Below, piece after piece: positions 34,218 to 46,128 of a stretch of 64,000 nt of DNA. The stretch covers positions 62,001 through 126,000 of the forward strand of contig JAANOX010000259.1 of the NCBI GenBank assembly GCA_020184695.1, written 5' to 3'. Both the position numbers and the translations under genes were made by a program. The stretch is from Histomonas meleagridis 2922-C6/04-290x. Its lineage: Eukaryota; Protista; Parabasalia. The notes beneath the pieces are model-generated. The model ran no database searches, was not told the DNA's origin, and saw only the letters and a list, made by a program, of their open reading frames with translations. Positions within the stretch are counted from its first letter, which is position 1. Every line of letters begins with the position of its first letter.

Positions 34218-36260
34218 ATGGATAATGATTCAAATAGCAATGAAGCTATCAAAAACATTGTACAACAACTGGGCCTTTCCAAGTTTTCTTCATCATTAAT
34301 TAATTTAGAGACGATTTCAGAAGCATCAAGTGTATCATCAAATCATTCAGATACAGACTCCAATTTAAAAATTAGTTCTCTTACAGGAATTTCAAGTAGT
34401 AACATAAGCTCTTTTGAACATCAAATTAATCAGAGAGATTTAGTAATTGAAGCAATTAGAAGACGACATAATCAACAATTAGATTCTCTATATAAAAAGT
34501 TAAGAGATACAAACCAATCAATTAAGTTTTTAAAAGAGAAATTTGAAGAAAGAATTAGCAAGTTAACAAAAGATTTTAACAAGGAAAAAGAATTAATCGA
34601 GGCAAATGCATCCAAAGAAATCAAAAGACTCAAACTACTAAACAATGAGTACCGTGAAAATCTCACATTTGATAAGCTTCCTAATTTAACAAAACAAGAA
34701 TATGAATCATTAATCACAAGTCCACCTTCTAATTTAACTCTTCAACAATTCCTATCAATTCAACTTTATGAGTATCAACAAAAGCCACCGAATAACATCC
34801 AACAATTAGAAGAAGTCAACAACAAATTTGAAACTACAAATCAAGATCTCCAAAACGAATTGAATAGTTTACAAACCGAGCTTTTATCGGAACGCGAATT
34901 ACGGATATCGCTTGAATCAAGACTTGCCTCTTTAACCAAAAAAATATCACCAAAGCCAGTTGAATTAACACCAAAAGGTCAAGCTGAAAAAATCATTAAA
35001 CTAGAAAATGAACGTGCAGGATTACGCGGTTCATATCAAGTTACACTTGCACGACTTGAAGAATCCAATCTTCAAAAAGAAGAATTAAATCGAAAATGCA
35101 AGGAGCTTGAAAGTAATATAAATCATTATAAAACAGAAGTCACATCTTTAAATGCGCAACTTCAATCATTACAAACCTTAACAAATCGTCAAGAAGCAAT
35201 TTTGTCACAACAATATCATGAAATATCGGAATTAAAGAAAACGCGTGATGAGTTTTTTCATCGATTTATTCAAACATCAGAAGAGAGACGGAATGAAATG
35301 GGCACAATGTTAAAATCAGAAGTTGAACAATTATCACAAAGAAGTCGAAATGATGTCGAATACATACAAAAAGTTACTGAACAAATGAGAGAACGCGAGA
35401 TAAATGTTCTTACAAAGTCATATAATAATGTCATTGAAGAGAATAAACAACTTAGATTAGATATTAGAAGAACAGAAGAAGAAAAGTCTAAGTTACAAGC
35501 AGAATATCAAACATTACAACTTTCACATGAAGCTGAATTAACACATCTTTCAAGTGATAACAAAATTAAATCATATGAATTGGAAAGAATAAAACTTGTT
35601 TATGAAGAACTTAAAATGAATCATGAAGACATTACTGATGAAAGAGATGCATTATCTGCTAAGTTTGATATTGTTAAACAAGAAATGTATAAATTAGAAA
35701 ATGAAATTAAAATTAGAGATCAACAAATCAAAAGTTTATCCGAAAAAGTTGTAATGTATGATAAACTAGAAAGTGAACTTGATATAGCAATCGAAACTTT
35801 ACAACTTAATGATTTTGGTCCGCTTGCTGTTCCATCTGATGCAAATAGACGTATTAAACAAAGTGTAATGCTTGCAAAAAGAGTTATGCAACTTACAAAG
35901 TCGAATAATCAATTAAAAGAAGAATGTTCAAAATTGCAACAAAAAATTACTGAAAAAGAAGATGAACTTAATAACTTAAAGCAGCAATTAATGAATTCAA
36001 GTCAACCACAACAAGTATTTGTTCAGATGATGAATGAAAAACAACAAGAAATTAATGAGCTTCGAAAGAAAGTACAAACAATGGCAGAAATGAATCAACA
36101 ACTTAATAAAGAGAATGAAAGTTTAATGAATAATGTAAATTTCGTTGCTAAAAAGAATAATGAAATTGAAGCTACGAGAAAATCAACAGGTTGTTTCTTT
36201 TGCGAATCAGAATTTCATCCTGGCGATCCAGCGCCATTTATTATAACACGATATAAATAG
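34218..36260 (+). CDS. PIBF1: PIBF1/CEP90-like centriolar coiled-coil protein
   Basis: 680-aa coiled coil. VPSDANRRIKQSVMLAKRVMQL matches the conserved PIBF1 C-terminal block and LTLQQFLSIQLYE the N-terminal block. Inr TCATT at 34208. Confidence 0.75.
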   Translation: MDNDSNSNEAIKNIVQQLGLSKFSSSLINLETISEASSVSSNHSDTDSNLKISSLTGISSSNISSFEHQINQRDLVIEAIRRRHNQQLDSLYKKLRDTNQSIKFLKEKFEERISKLTKDFNKEKELIEANASKEIKRLKLLNNEYRENLTFDKLPNLTKQEYESLITSPPSNLTLQQFLSIQLYEYQQKPPNNIQQLEEVNNKFETTNQDLQNELNSLQTELLSERELRISLESRLASLTKKISPKPVELTPKGQAEKIIKLENERAGLRGSYQVTLARLEESNLQKEELNRKCKELESNINHYKTEVTSLNAQLQSLQTLTNRQEAILSQQYHEISELKKTRDEFFHRFIQTSEERRNEMGTMLKSEVEQLSQRSRNDVEYIQKVTEQMREREINVLTKSYNNVIEENKQLRLDIRRTEEEKSKLQAEYQTLQLSHEAELTHLSSDNKIKSYELERIKLVYEELKMNHEDITDERDALSAKFDIVKQEMYKLENEIKIRDQQIKSLSEKVVMYDKLESELDIAIETLQLNDFGPLAVPSDANRRIKQSVMLAKRVMQLTKSNNQLKEECSKLQQKITEKEDELNNLKQQLMNSSQPQQVFVQMMNEKQQEINELRKKVQTMAEMNQQLNKENESLMNNVNFVAKKNNEIEATRKSTGCFFCESEFHPGDPAPFIITRYK

Positions 36261-36609
36261 AATATTGTATTTAATAAACATTGTTTTTATTATGTAATTT
36301 TGCTTTGAATAATTATTTTTGTTATGTAATTCGTTTGAGAATTGCTTATGATTTATTTGACGCTTTGTTTAATATTAAACTATGGAAATCATTTCTGTAG
36401 CTATGTTCATTAAAACCTAACTTTAAAAGTTTGGATTCATCATAATCATCTTGTTGAATTCTAAAATAATTATTATAAATCTTCTGAACTTTCACATTTT
36501 GTACAAAATGGGGAATCTCAATTATTAATAACATTAAAATCATTTTGTAGTTATTTTCTTTAAATAGGATTTTATTTTTGGTTTTATAAGAAAAATATTT
36601 TTAATTTAT

Positions 36610-38028
36610 TCAAATATCTATTTGGCTTCTAAATAATCCATTTGGCAAGTTCAAAAGTATTGATTGGAGATCTGCAGCTAGTTTAGCAATCTCAAAATTA
36701 TCTGAATTATCTATCAGACTACATAAGAAATCAAAACTTTGGAATTGCTCCGCAGCTATGTTCTCGAAATATCCTTCATCTCCATGGTCCGAAAACTGAT
36801 CAGCTAAAGCTTTCATTGCAATAATTGCAGGTTTGGCCAAACTTTGTAAATCAATTTCAATTGTATTACTAAGCATTATAATAAGACCTTTTTTAACCAT
36901 CTCTATTAATGTATCGAGTTTACACATTGTGATGTAATTTGAAATAAGATTCGAAATTGAGGGCTTTATAACAAAAGGTGCCATGTCAAAATCGGTTATG
37001 CACTTTTCCCAAACCGAATTTTCCGTAAACCAGTCAAAAACTGATTTTTCCCTTTTCATTAATTCCGTTATTGAATCAAATGCGAGAACTACAGTGCTAT
37101 AAGGTATGTCTTCTTCGGAAAAAGCTAGGTTCCCTATTCGGCCAATATCAAATACTAATTTTTGAGTTCCATTCATTTGACATAAATTAATAATCGTTGA
37201 TAACGCAGGATAAATATATTTCTTTTCGAAAAAAAGCATGTCATTAATAAAAATAGGAAGGTCTGTTTGATAAAACATATCTAACGGAAATTGATTACGA
37301 AAATCTGTAAGTTGTTTAAGTATCCATATCATTAAGAACTCTAACTTTTTATCATCTTTTTCATAAATTTTGTTAATATATTCAAGAATTTCGATTTCAA
37401 CATCGACACTTGGTTCAAACTTTGTGCAATTATAAAGGAATAAAAGAAGTTCGTCATGACATTCGATACTAAACGCAATGTCTTTGAGCTCTTGAAATGT
37501 AATTATATTGAATACTCGTTGAACTGATTCATCATCTGGAGCATTTGGTATAAGTGGTTTGGAATTACATGAAACAATACTTCGTAAAACAGAAAATGCA
37601 TTGGCTTTAAAAGGAAATTCATCCATTCGTAAATGTGCAATTACAGATTCAATAATTGGAGTTTGAAGAAAATAAGAACCAATGATACCGTTGAAAGAGA
37701 GAAGCGCTTGAATTAAATCAAAAGCGCATCTTGTAATATTAGGTGAATTACAATCAGATAAAATTGATATTAAAAAATGCAAAAAATTGATATTATTTTT
37801 TTCTTGAGGAAAATCAAATTCTTGTATTTTGGAAAGATTTTCTTTGAGTTCTTCAAGTTTTTGACAAAATTTTTCAAAGTTATTTATTTTATAATTATTC
37901 ATGATTTCAGAAAAAGATTGTGACAAAATTAATGGATTTGAATTTAGCATTGTATCAGGTTCGATAATATCTTTATTCCTTTTGGAAAATGATGAAATTT
38001 TTTTGCATTTGTAATTGGTTGTGAGCAT
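36610..38028 (-). CDS. ARM/HEAT-repeat protein (importin-alpha-like fold family)
   Basis: 472-aa helical ORF with periodic L/I-rich amphipathic helices. Confidence 0.65.
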   Translation of the reverse strand: MLTTNYKCKKISSFSKRNKDIIEPDTMLNSNPLILSQSFSEIMNNYKINNFEKFCQKLEELKENLSKIQEFDFPQEKNNINFLHFLISILSDCNSPNITRCAFDLIQALLSFNGIIGSYFLQTPIIESVIAHLRMDEFPFKANAFSVLRSIVSCNSKPLIPNAPDDESVQRVFNIITFQELKDIAFSIECHDELLLFLYNCTKFEPSVDVEIEILEYINKIYEKDDKKLEFLMIWILKQLTDFRNQFPLDMFYQTDLPIFINDMLFFEKKYIYPALSTIINLCQMNGTQKLVFDIGRIGNLAFSEEDIPYSTVVLAFDSITELMKREKSVFDWFTENSVWEKCITDFDMAPFVIKPSISNLISNYITMCKLDTLIEMVKKGLIIMLSNTIEIDLQSLAKPAIIAMKALADQFSDHGDEGYFENIAAEQFQSFDFLCSLIDNSDNFEIAKLAADLQSILLNLPNGLFRSQIDI

Positions 38029-38084
38029 AAGATCTTTCTAAACCATTGAAATGTGAAACTAAGCCAAAAAAAATGCAAAAAGTT

Positions 38085-38156
38085 GGGGCGATTCGGGAAT
38101 CGAACCCGAGACCTCTCGCACCCAAAGCGAGAATCATTCCACTAGACCAATCACCC
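38085..38156 (-). tRNA. tRNA-Pro(TGG), copy 1
   Basis: Minus strand GGGTGATTGGTCTAGTGGAATGATTCTCGCTTTGGGTGCGAGAGGTCTCGGGTTCGATTCCCGAATCGCCCC folds as a cloverleaf with anticodon TGG; T-runs downstream. Confidence 0.97.
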
Positions 38157-39355
38157 TTTTCGATTTTGAAGAATTCGGATGATATTTATTTATTTAAAAG
38201 AACCATCTAACATTAATTAAGAATAGGTCCGAATATGCATATGCATTTATTTGAATGCCGTTGTTTGCATCAGAGTTAAAAATCAATGTACAGTCCCTAA
38301 CAAGTAAAAATCCCCCACTGGCCAACGAAAACACCCTTCAGAAAGCGGTTTAGGATTATAAACGTGCGCACGCCATAGATTAAACAAACACTGTGAAATA
38401 CTTTTCAGAACGCATTCAAACACGGCAACGGACTTAGTGAAATATATTTCATAATATCTTCATTCAAAAATGGTAGCTGTCAACCAAATAAACAGTTGCT
38501 TCAAATCAGAAAATCAATTTTTTTTATTTTTTACTGAAATAAATTTAAAGAAATATAAATCAATAAGCATATGTACTATATTCACTAAAATTATTTGTTA
38601 TCTCATTTTTTTCACAGCAATCTCTAAAATGCTATTTTGGGTTCAATAAATAAAAATAGAAGTTTAAATTCAATAAATATATAGAACTAATAATAGTTAA
38701 TAATAATTTATATAATTTTTCTTTAGTTTTCATTCTGTTTTTAAGTTATACTATATTTTCAATATCTTTACCAGAGCAAAAATTCAAAAATCTGTCTTTG
38801 AAATTTTTGATAATTGATTTGTTCTATGAATAGGATAATTCTTGAAACAATTTATTCATTATTGGAGGCTCTAAGGACATAGGAGAAAAAATGACTTTTT
38901 GAATAGACTTTGCGGTTACAGATCCAGATCAGAATTCGTTCGGAAACGAGTGAGCGAGACTAATAAAAAAATATTTTAAACATTTCTTTAACAATACTCG
39001 TATATACTGGTTTAGATGTGGTTAATTGGTACGTCCAGTCTTAGCTTAGATGACCGTTTATGAATTGTATCGTACAATACTCAATTCAAATGAAATTTTA
39101 AATCAGCTAATTGTTTTCGTCATGAAACCGCTTTTTGAATTCAAATTTAATCAAAAACAAATTTCCTGCACAAAAAGTCAATTTAGCGCCTCTTTATATA
39201 TTAATTTGTTGTTTATTAACTAATTAACTAAATTCGAAACAACACAATTACATTACATCTTCACACTTATTGAATCAATTAGATCACATTTTCACACTTT
39301 ATGAATTTATTACATGTAATTACATAACAATTCTATTATTTAAAAAAGTAATCGA

Positions 39356-40830
39356 TTAATTTTTTTTCTTAAGCAATGGACATTTTTTAATATAATGATC
39401 ATAATTGCCACAATAGCTACATCTATATTTTTCACCCTTTAATTGTTTCTTACCAAATGGAACGTTTTTCGATATATTCGTGTTTGCACGTCCTTTTTGA
39501 GCTATTGTTAAAAGCAATTCTTCATTAGGCATGATTTTAATTTGTTCTGCTTCTTGAAAGAATTTTTCAAAAAGCATATTTGATATCATTATATTTATGT
39601 GCAATTGCAGCGTATGGTGCAATTTTTGCCATTATTGTACCATAATTATTTTTAGCCTTAACATTGTTATTAATAATTTTTAAGTTTCCTTTTATTTTTT
39701 CTGATTCTTCTCTAATATATCTTGATGGTACTTCTTTAAATTTTATTCTATTATTATTTGAAATATGCCTACATGGTATTGCATATTAAGGATTATGTAT
39801 TCTGCGAATACACCAACAACAAATGTCATTATAATTTTGAGGATATATACTGTTTTTTAAATATTCATCTGTTATTACTATTTTATATAAAAGTCCGACT
39901 TTATCATTTTCCTTATTAGGTCTAATTATGAATTTATTATCAATAACATTGTTTATTAAAAAAAAATGGATTAAATTATTAATAAATTGGATAGATTATT
40001 TAATATTTTAATCGATTTTGTTAATGTTATTCAATATATAATTCGATTCAAATTTCGAAAAAATACATTCAATTTTTCCAGTATTCAAATAAGTTATAGG
40101 AATGCTTTTTAAAGCCATATCCAATGGCAACCGATGTTGTCTATAATTAATTAATTCACTTAGAAGTTCTTTTTCAGGTGAATTTTCCATGTTATTCATT
40201 TTATTTGTCAAATATTCTATAAAGCTTTTACAAGATTGTATATTATTTTAATATGAAAAAATATATCCATTATTAATTTGTTGTCGTGGAGCAATTCAAG
40301 ATTTCTTTGGATGTGTACTAAGCAAAATCCAATAATTGTCTCAGGAAAGATATTATGAGCTGCATTGAATTGGGCCATATATCTATCCATAACAATTAAA
40401 CAAATTTTTTTTTTGTGTAAATTGTTTAATATCATTCAATAATAATTTAAACAAATTTTCTGTTTCATCTGAAAAAAAGTCATATGAAACGATTTGAGAA
40501 TGGTCATCAGGATCAATAAATGAAATGTACATTCGAATACATATCTTCTGTTACAGCAACTTGTTTGAGCTGCAGAATAAAGTAATTTAGATTCTCTTGA
40601 AACATTTGAAACAAATTCTGTTATACTAATATACCCGTTGAATGGGAAAGTTGTTTTTTTTAATTTTATTACACTCATTAATAAGAGATGTAACTTTGTA
40701 TTTGATTTTTTCCATCAAAATAGCAAACTACATTCATAACCGTTTGAACATAACTTTTTCATATAATAAATTTTTTTCTAATCAAATTTCACTTTTTGAA
40801 TGTGCTGATCATGGCGAAAACAATTAGCCT
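39356..40830 (-). mobile_element. Decayed Mutator-like (MULE) transposase with SWIM and CCHC knuckle
   Basis: Fragments ICLIVMDRYMAQFNAAHNIFPETIIGFCLVHIQRNL (MULE D..CxxH), CCWC..IPCRH (SWIM, ~39770-39820) and CSYCGNYDHYIKKC; multiple frameshifts. Confidence 0.85.
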
Positions 40831-41460
40831 TTTAGATCTTCATTAAAATTTGAGGAATTGTTTTTCGCTACAGACAAACCTGAAATTTCAGTAGCAACAA
40901 AATTGTGTAAAAAAGGCGGGGAATTCCTTGGTAATTTCAGAAATGTGATATAAAATTGTTCTGATTATATTCATATACAAATATTGAATCAATAATTGTT
41001 GGTTTACCCGGGGTGTCATATATTCTCGTTTTTAATCTCAACTTTCAGTGCAGCTCATTAAATCATTTGGTCTTTCTCATTTGTGATTTAGTACACCTAA
41101 TTTATTAATATATATATTTTATCATTTTATCCATCACATTTAGACTTTCAATATACACACATAATTTCATATCTCATTTAATAATTACTATCTCATTTTA
41201 TCTCTCTCTTTCAAACATCTGTGATTCACGTAATCATTTTTTGCATTTTTGTCTATTTTGTTTAATTTTTTAGTATGCATATAATAGGTTTTGTATTTTT
41301 AAATCTTTAATTATATGTATTTGTGATTTAACTTTCTTGGTTTATTGCTTCAGTTCTTGAATATAAATCAGATGATTTTTCATTCATTCGATTCTATCGT
41401 TGGAAATGAATCCAGTTAATAATACTATATATATTAAACTCGACTTGCGATTTCCACCCA

Positions 41461-42128
41461 TCGTATATAGCAATCATCCCACTATATTAATATCATGAAT
41501 ATATAATATATATACATAGTTACATCTATGATTAATATAAATCTAAGAATAATATCATAATTAGCACGAGATAAATCTATTCTTTCATTCCAAAAAGTGA
41601 CAAAATCGACTTTTGCATGATTTATATCAAACGATAGCAGCAACGATAAAATATGATAGGAGCGAATTCGAATGATGATAAATATTATTAAAATTTTACT
41701 ATTTCCTCGAAAAGATACGTTATTTGTTTCTATCATTGTGATGTGTAAACAGCCAAATTAAATGATTCTTGCTTCGTTAAAAATTTTGATATTATATCAT
41801 AGAAACGTGATTTGATATTTATTACGAATAATTATATGAGATCTTGATTTCCTTGAATTTATGAATTTATTGAAAAAATGAATGATGTGATAATTTTCGT
41901 AATAACTTAATGATGTATCTATTTGACCTAATTAATGATTCATAATCAATGATATAGTTTCTGTGTAAGTCACATCCTTGAAATATCTTGGGACTATCGA
42001 TACGTTTTTTTCTGATTGAAACGATTCTCGATCATTGAATTTATTTGATGTATCTTTATTTTATTTTTGTATTTTAGCAAAAAGTTCAATCCTATTGAAT
42101 AAATATCTATACGAATTTAATTTGCAAA
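41461..42128. repeat. Dispersed repeat family, copy C (with ~350-nt internal insert relative to copy A)
   Basis: Shared blocks such as agcacgagataaat.tattctttcattccaaaaag and aaaatcgacttttgcatg.tttatatcaaacgatagca. Confidence 0.85.
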
Positions 42129-42491
42129 TTATTTTTCCAACATTCTATGTAATGATGTTGATTTCCCTGCCCCTCGGAATATTTGTCAATATTAAAGTTT
42201 TTAGAAATTATTTGATGAATAATGAAATATCATTTATTTTACATGATTATATTAAAAATTGATATCATATTCTTTTCAAATCTATCGAAAATATTGATGA
42301 ACTCAAAACATTTCGGATATATTGATGGCATATTCATGTAATTGTCGTATATAAAGTGTTACCAAAAATTATTTTCATACGATAGAAATAATTCAAAAAT
42401 AATTGACTTAATTACGATTGTTTTAAATTATAAATATCTGACATTTGGGAATAAAATTTGGTCAAAGAAGTTTGACTCTTATTCAGAAAAT

Positions 42492-42780
42492 TCAGAAGTT
42501 TGTTGGTCCACCGAAATTCATCATAACTTCCTTCATACGCTTTTCCATGGAGTCAATAAGGTGATTTATAACTTCTTCAGAAATTGAACTCCATACAGCA
42601 AAGATATATTCAATTAGTTCCTACTTTGTTTGCGGAATCAATTCATATTCTTTCGCCTTAATGATACTCCATAGATTCTCGATAGGGTTGAGGTCAGGCG
42701 ACATCGCGGGCCAATTTTCTAGGATATTTACATAATTTTTCAAATAATCAATAGTTATTGTTGATATTATTATTCATAAC
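42492..42780 (-). mobile_element. Tc1/mariner transposase 3' fragment
   Basis: Minus frame NWPAMSPDLNPIENLWSIIK, then ..LIDSMEKRMKEVMMNFGGPTNF*. Confidence 0.88.
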
Positions 42781-43686
42781 AAATCTACTATTTCAAGATT
42801 TACAATAACACCTGATGAATTTAAAAATTTACATAGGGTTCTACAAATTTTAAAAAAACTTACACTTATATTTGAGGATCCTAAAACAAAACTGATGCAT
42901 ACCCGAAGATTGAAAGTGCCATGTTCGAATTAGAAAGGCTCTCAATCGATAACAACAAATATGCAAGTGCAATAAAAAATTGTATTGGGGAATATACAAT
43001 TAACTCTCCAATTAAAAATTTATTTTTAACTGCATATATATTAACACCTCGTGGACACAATGACTATTATAAACGTTTATTAAATAAAATTGATGATAAA
43101 CCTCAACACCGATTTATTGAAAGTTGGATAGTTGGATCAAAGATTAACTAATATTTAGTTTTAAACAATAAAGCTATTGATGAAATATTGCAAGAAGGAG
43201 TTGATAAAATATTAGAACAAGAACTTTTAGAAAAAGAATTTGAAACAGACGAAGAAATTGATAAACACAAAAAAGGTGTTGATGAAGCATTAAAATATTA
43301 TTTTTTCATATTATCATTTCAATTCATAAAAAATCTATCAAAAAATTATACGACTGATTTGAATGTAATTACGAAAATAGATCAAGTTCTTCATGAATTT
43401 GTTTCACAACCACTTGATGATTTAACAATTTTGAAAAGTGACTATTAAGATTGGTTATCTTGGAGAACTAATCCATATTTAGAAATTCTTGCTGATATAG
43501 CCCTAAGACTTGAAGCATCAGGTTGTAGTGAAGCAGCCTGTGAACGCACACTCTCAACGCAACGACTTATATATAATAATAAAAGAAATCGATCAAATGA
43601 TGATTTACTATTTGCAAAAATGACTATGATGAGGGCTGATTATTAAATAGAAGAAGAGCGATATTATTTTCATTTTTAGAACCCTA
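42781..43686 (+). mobile_element. hAT transposase 3' remnant with right terminal repeat
   Basis: AYILTPRG (~LDPR) and dimerisation-domain block LADIALRLEASGCSEAACERTLSTQR..KRNRS (stop 43644-43646); end TAGAACCCTA at 43677-43686 (TAGGG-type terminus). Confidence 0.8.
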
Positions 43687-43979
43687 TTGTAGTAGTAAGT
43701 GAGTTTCTATCAAAAAAATAATATATTATAATTAATAAATAATAAAACAAAATCTAATAAAAGTGATGTAATTTATTGATGTTTTGAATTTCAAGATATG
43801 TTAAAATTGATTCATAATAAGATTAGTGAAGCTTTTATATAGTATAAAATTTACTTTGGCTCATTTTCGTTCATATCACATGTCTGTCCTTTCTACAGGC
43901 AAAATTTTACCCAAGGTAAAATTTTTTTTAACCAATTTTCTTTATTATTTTATGACTTTTGTTTTATATAAAAATAGAA

Positions 43980-44498
43980 CGACAAATAATTGAAAAAAAT
44001 CAAAATGAAATTGATATTAGTCTTGAGAATCAAAGTAGATATTGCAAGATCGCATATTACGGAAAGCAATCTGCCAGAATTGGCTCGCTTGCTTCTGATT
44101 CTGACTATAATGACATCGTTTTTTAGATGTCAAGACTTCTATCCATAAAATCATTATCAGTAAATGCATCGAATGAACCTGAAATGGCGGTTCCACGGAA
44201 GAAAGGAAGAAAAAAGAAAAGTCAAAACGAACCAGAAGTTATAAGTGAGGATTTCCCATCATGCAGAATATGTAAAAGTGAAGAACACAAAGCAGAAAAC
44301 TGTTCGATTTATAATTATTACATTCGGCAATATAACAATTATTCCGGTACAAAAAATAAAAATAAATGTAAAGTTTGTGGCTCACGGGGTCATAATTCAC
44401 AAACATGTGACATAAGAAAAGGAGGAGTATTAGGGATAAATGATGGAGTAATTTATTTTTTTTATGGAGATATTTTTTCAGATAATATTGAAACCTAA
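43980..44498 (+). mobile_element. Probable C-terminal remnant of a second MULE-like transposase (two CCHC knuckles)
   Basis: PRKKGRKKK followed by CRICKSEEHKAENC and CKVCGSRGHNSQTC, as in Mutator C-termini; lies inside the TE island. Confidence 0.55.
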
Positions 44499-45004
44499 TA
44501 CTAGAAAAAAGTAATGAATAAAAAATTTATCTAAATTTGTTCTGAATATATTCGATTATCAAAAATTGTCATCTTGAATTATAATGTTGGTATATTTATT
44601 ATCTCCACGTAATGAATGTGTAACAATTGTTTGCTGACTGAAATGATCAGCTATCATTGTCAACAATCCAAAAAAAATGATTTTAGCGCCAATTAAAAAA
44701 TTTTCACAAAAACTTCATTGAATATCGACGTTATCAAAATGACATATTGTGGAAATTTGGCTTTTATCATGATAATATTCGATATAAACCAATCAAAAGA
44801 TTCTATCAATTTACTGTGCTGCAGAACACTGTTCTATAACATAACATTCATTATTATTTTATTAATTTGAAGTATTGTCACTTTTCTTGTTTATTGAAAA
44901 TATTCTCTGATGGTAGAAAAAGGGCACACTTTTTGACACTCCACTTTTTGATCGGTTTATGCAACAACAAAAGTGACAGTAGGGTTTGTATTTGGAGGTA
45001 ATTA

Positions 45005-45059
45005 GTTTTGATCGGCGTGCATCGAAAAACTTCGTTTTTCGATGCACGCCGATCAAAAC
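45005..45059. repeat. Perfect 26-bp inverted repeat with 3-nt loop
   Basis: GTTTTGATCGGCGTGCATCGAAAAAC-TTC-GTTTTTCGATGCACGCCGATCAAAAC. Confidence 0.98.
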
Positions 45060-46128
45060 CGTCGGGCCTGTGTGGTGAAAGTTTGAGTGTTTATTACGGT
45101 TGTGGTCGAGCATAACAAAAGAAGTTTGCTTTTTAAAAAAATCTCAGTCTATGTTTATTGACTGTAGATGAACTCTGCATCAGATCGACCAGAGTACATT
45201 GGCATCAATGCAAATGCTTCTGATGGAGTTTTTCCAGTTCCAGTGAGCTGCTTCAGTGATGATTGCTCCAACATGGTATTATACTGGTTGACTATCCAGT
45301 ACCACGAAGAGGCCTGGTCTTTCTTCTTTCGATGGTTTCCCACCATCTCTCAATCTTCCCATTTTTTTCGGGAGTGTACGGGTGAGTCTTGTGGATTTCC
45401 ACATTACTCCTTTGCAGTAGCTCCTCGAAAGGTTCACGAAATTCGGTCCCATTATCCATTATAATGGTTTTGAGAACTCCTTTTTTTTGCAGGACAGCAG
45501 AGAGGGCGTTCATTGCCAAAATACTTGTCTTTTGCTCAAGTATCTGATAATGAATAATCAGCCTGCTTCTGTCATCAATAAACGCAATTAAATATAATTG
45601 CTTATAGTTTTCTTATGGGAGAAGCTCCAGGTAATTTAGGTCAGTATGCCAAGCTTGATTGACATACTTTGCTACAAATCTATTGAGGTGCTCTTTCTTT
45701 TTTTCTGGGCGATTAAATTGGAACAAGCTAAATTGTTCATATATGGATTTGCATTTCCATGTTGTAAGAGACTTTGGTGCAAATGGATCTCTCTTGGCTA
45801 CATTTGCCATTGCTTGGTAACCAACATTAGCTTCCTGCTTATATGCCATTATATAGGCGAGTTCTTCTTGAGTTACAGGAGGAGATGGACGACCACAATT
45901 TCGGATTTGGATTTCGAACATTTCACAGATCTCATGTACCCTATCCCTTCCGATGTGGTATTTCATCATCACCGCCTTTACGCCTTTGGTACAGATATCG
46001 TACTTGAACCCTTCAATGCTGAAGCTCATTAAAAGTAAACCTGACAAATATTGGATTTAAATTTATCAAATATTCAATTGTTTCGATTTCTATTAATTCA
46101 TTCGATTTTTAATAAAAATTTTTGAACG

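Noticed and set aside
38294-38365. CCCTAAC and GGTTTAGGATT as a telomerase template or interstitial telomere
   Set aside because: Too short (under 1.5 repeats) and the host telomere repeat is not established from this window.
38930-38960. TTCGGAAACGAGTGAG as SRP helix 8 or U3 box B
   Set aside because: Flanking conserved elements (CAGG/AGCAG; boxes C and D) are missing.
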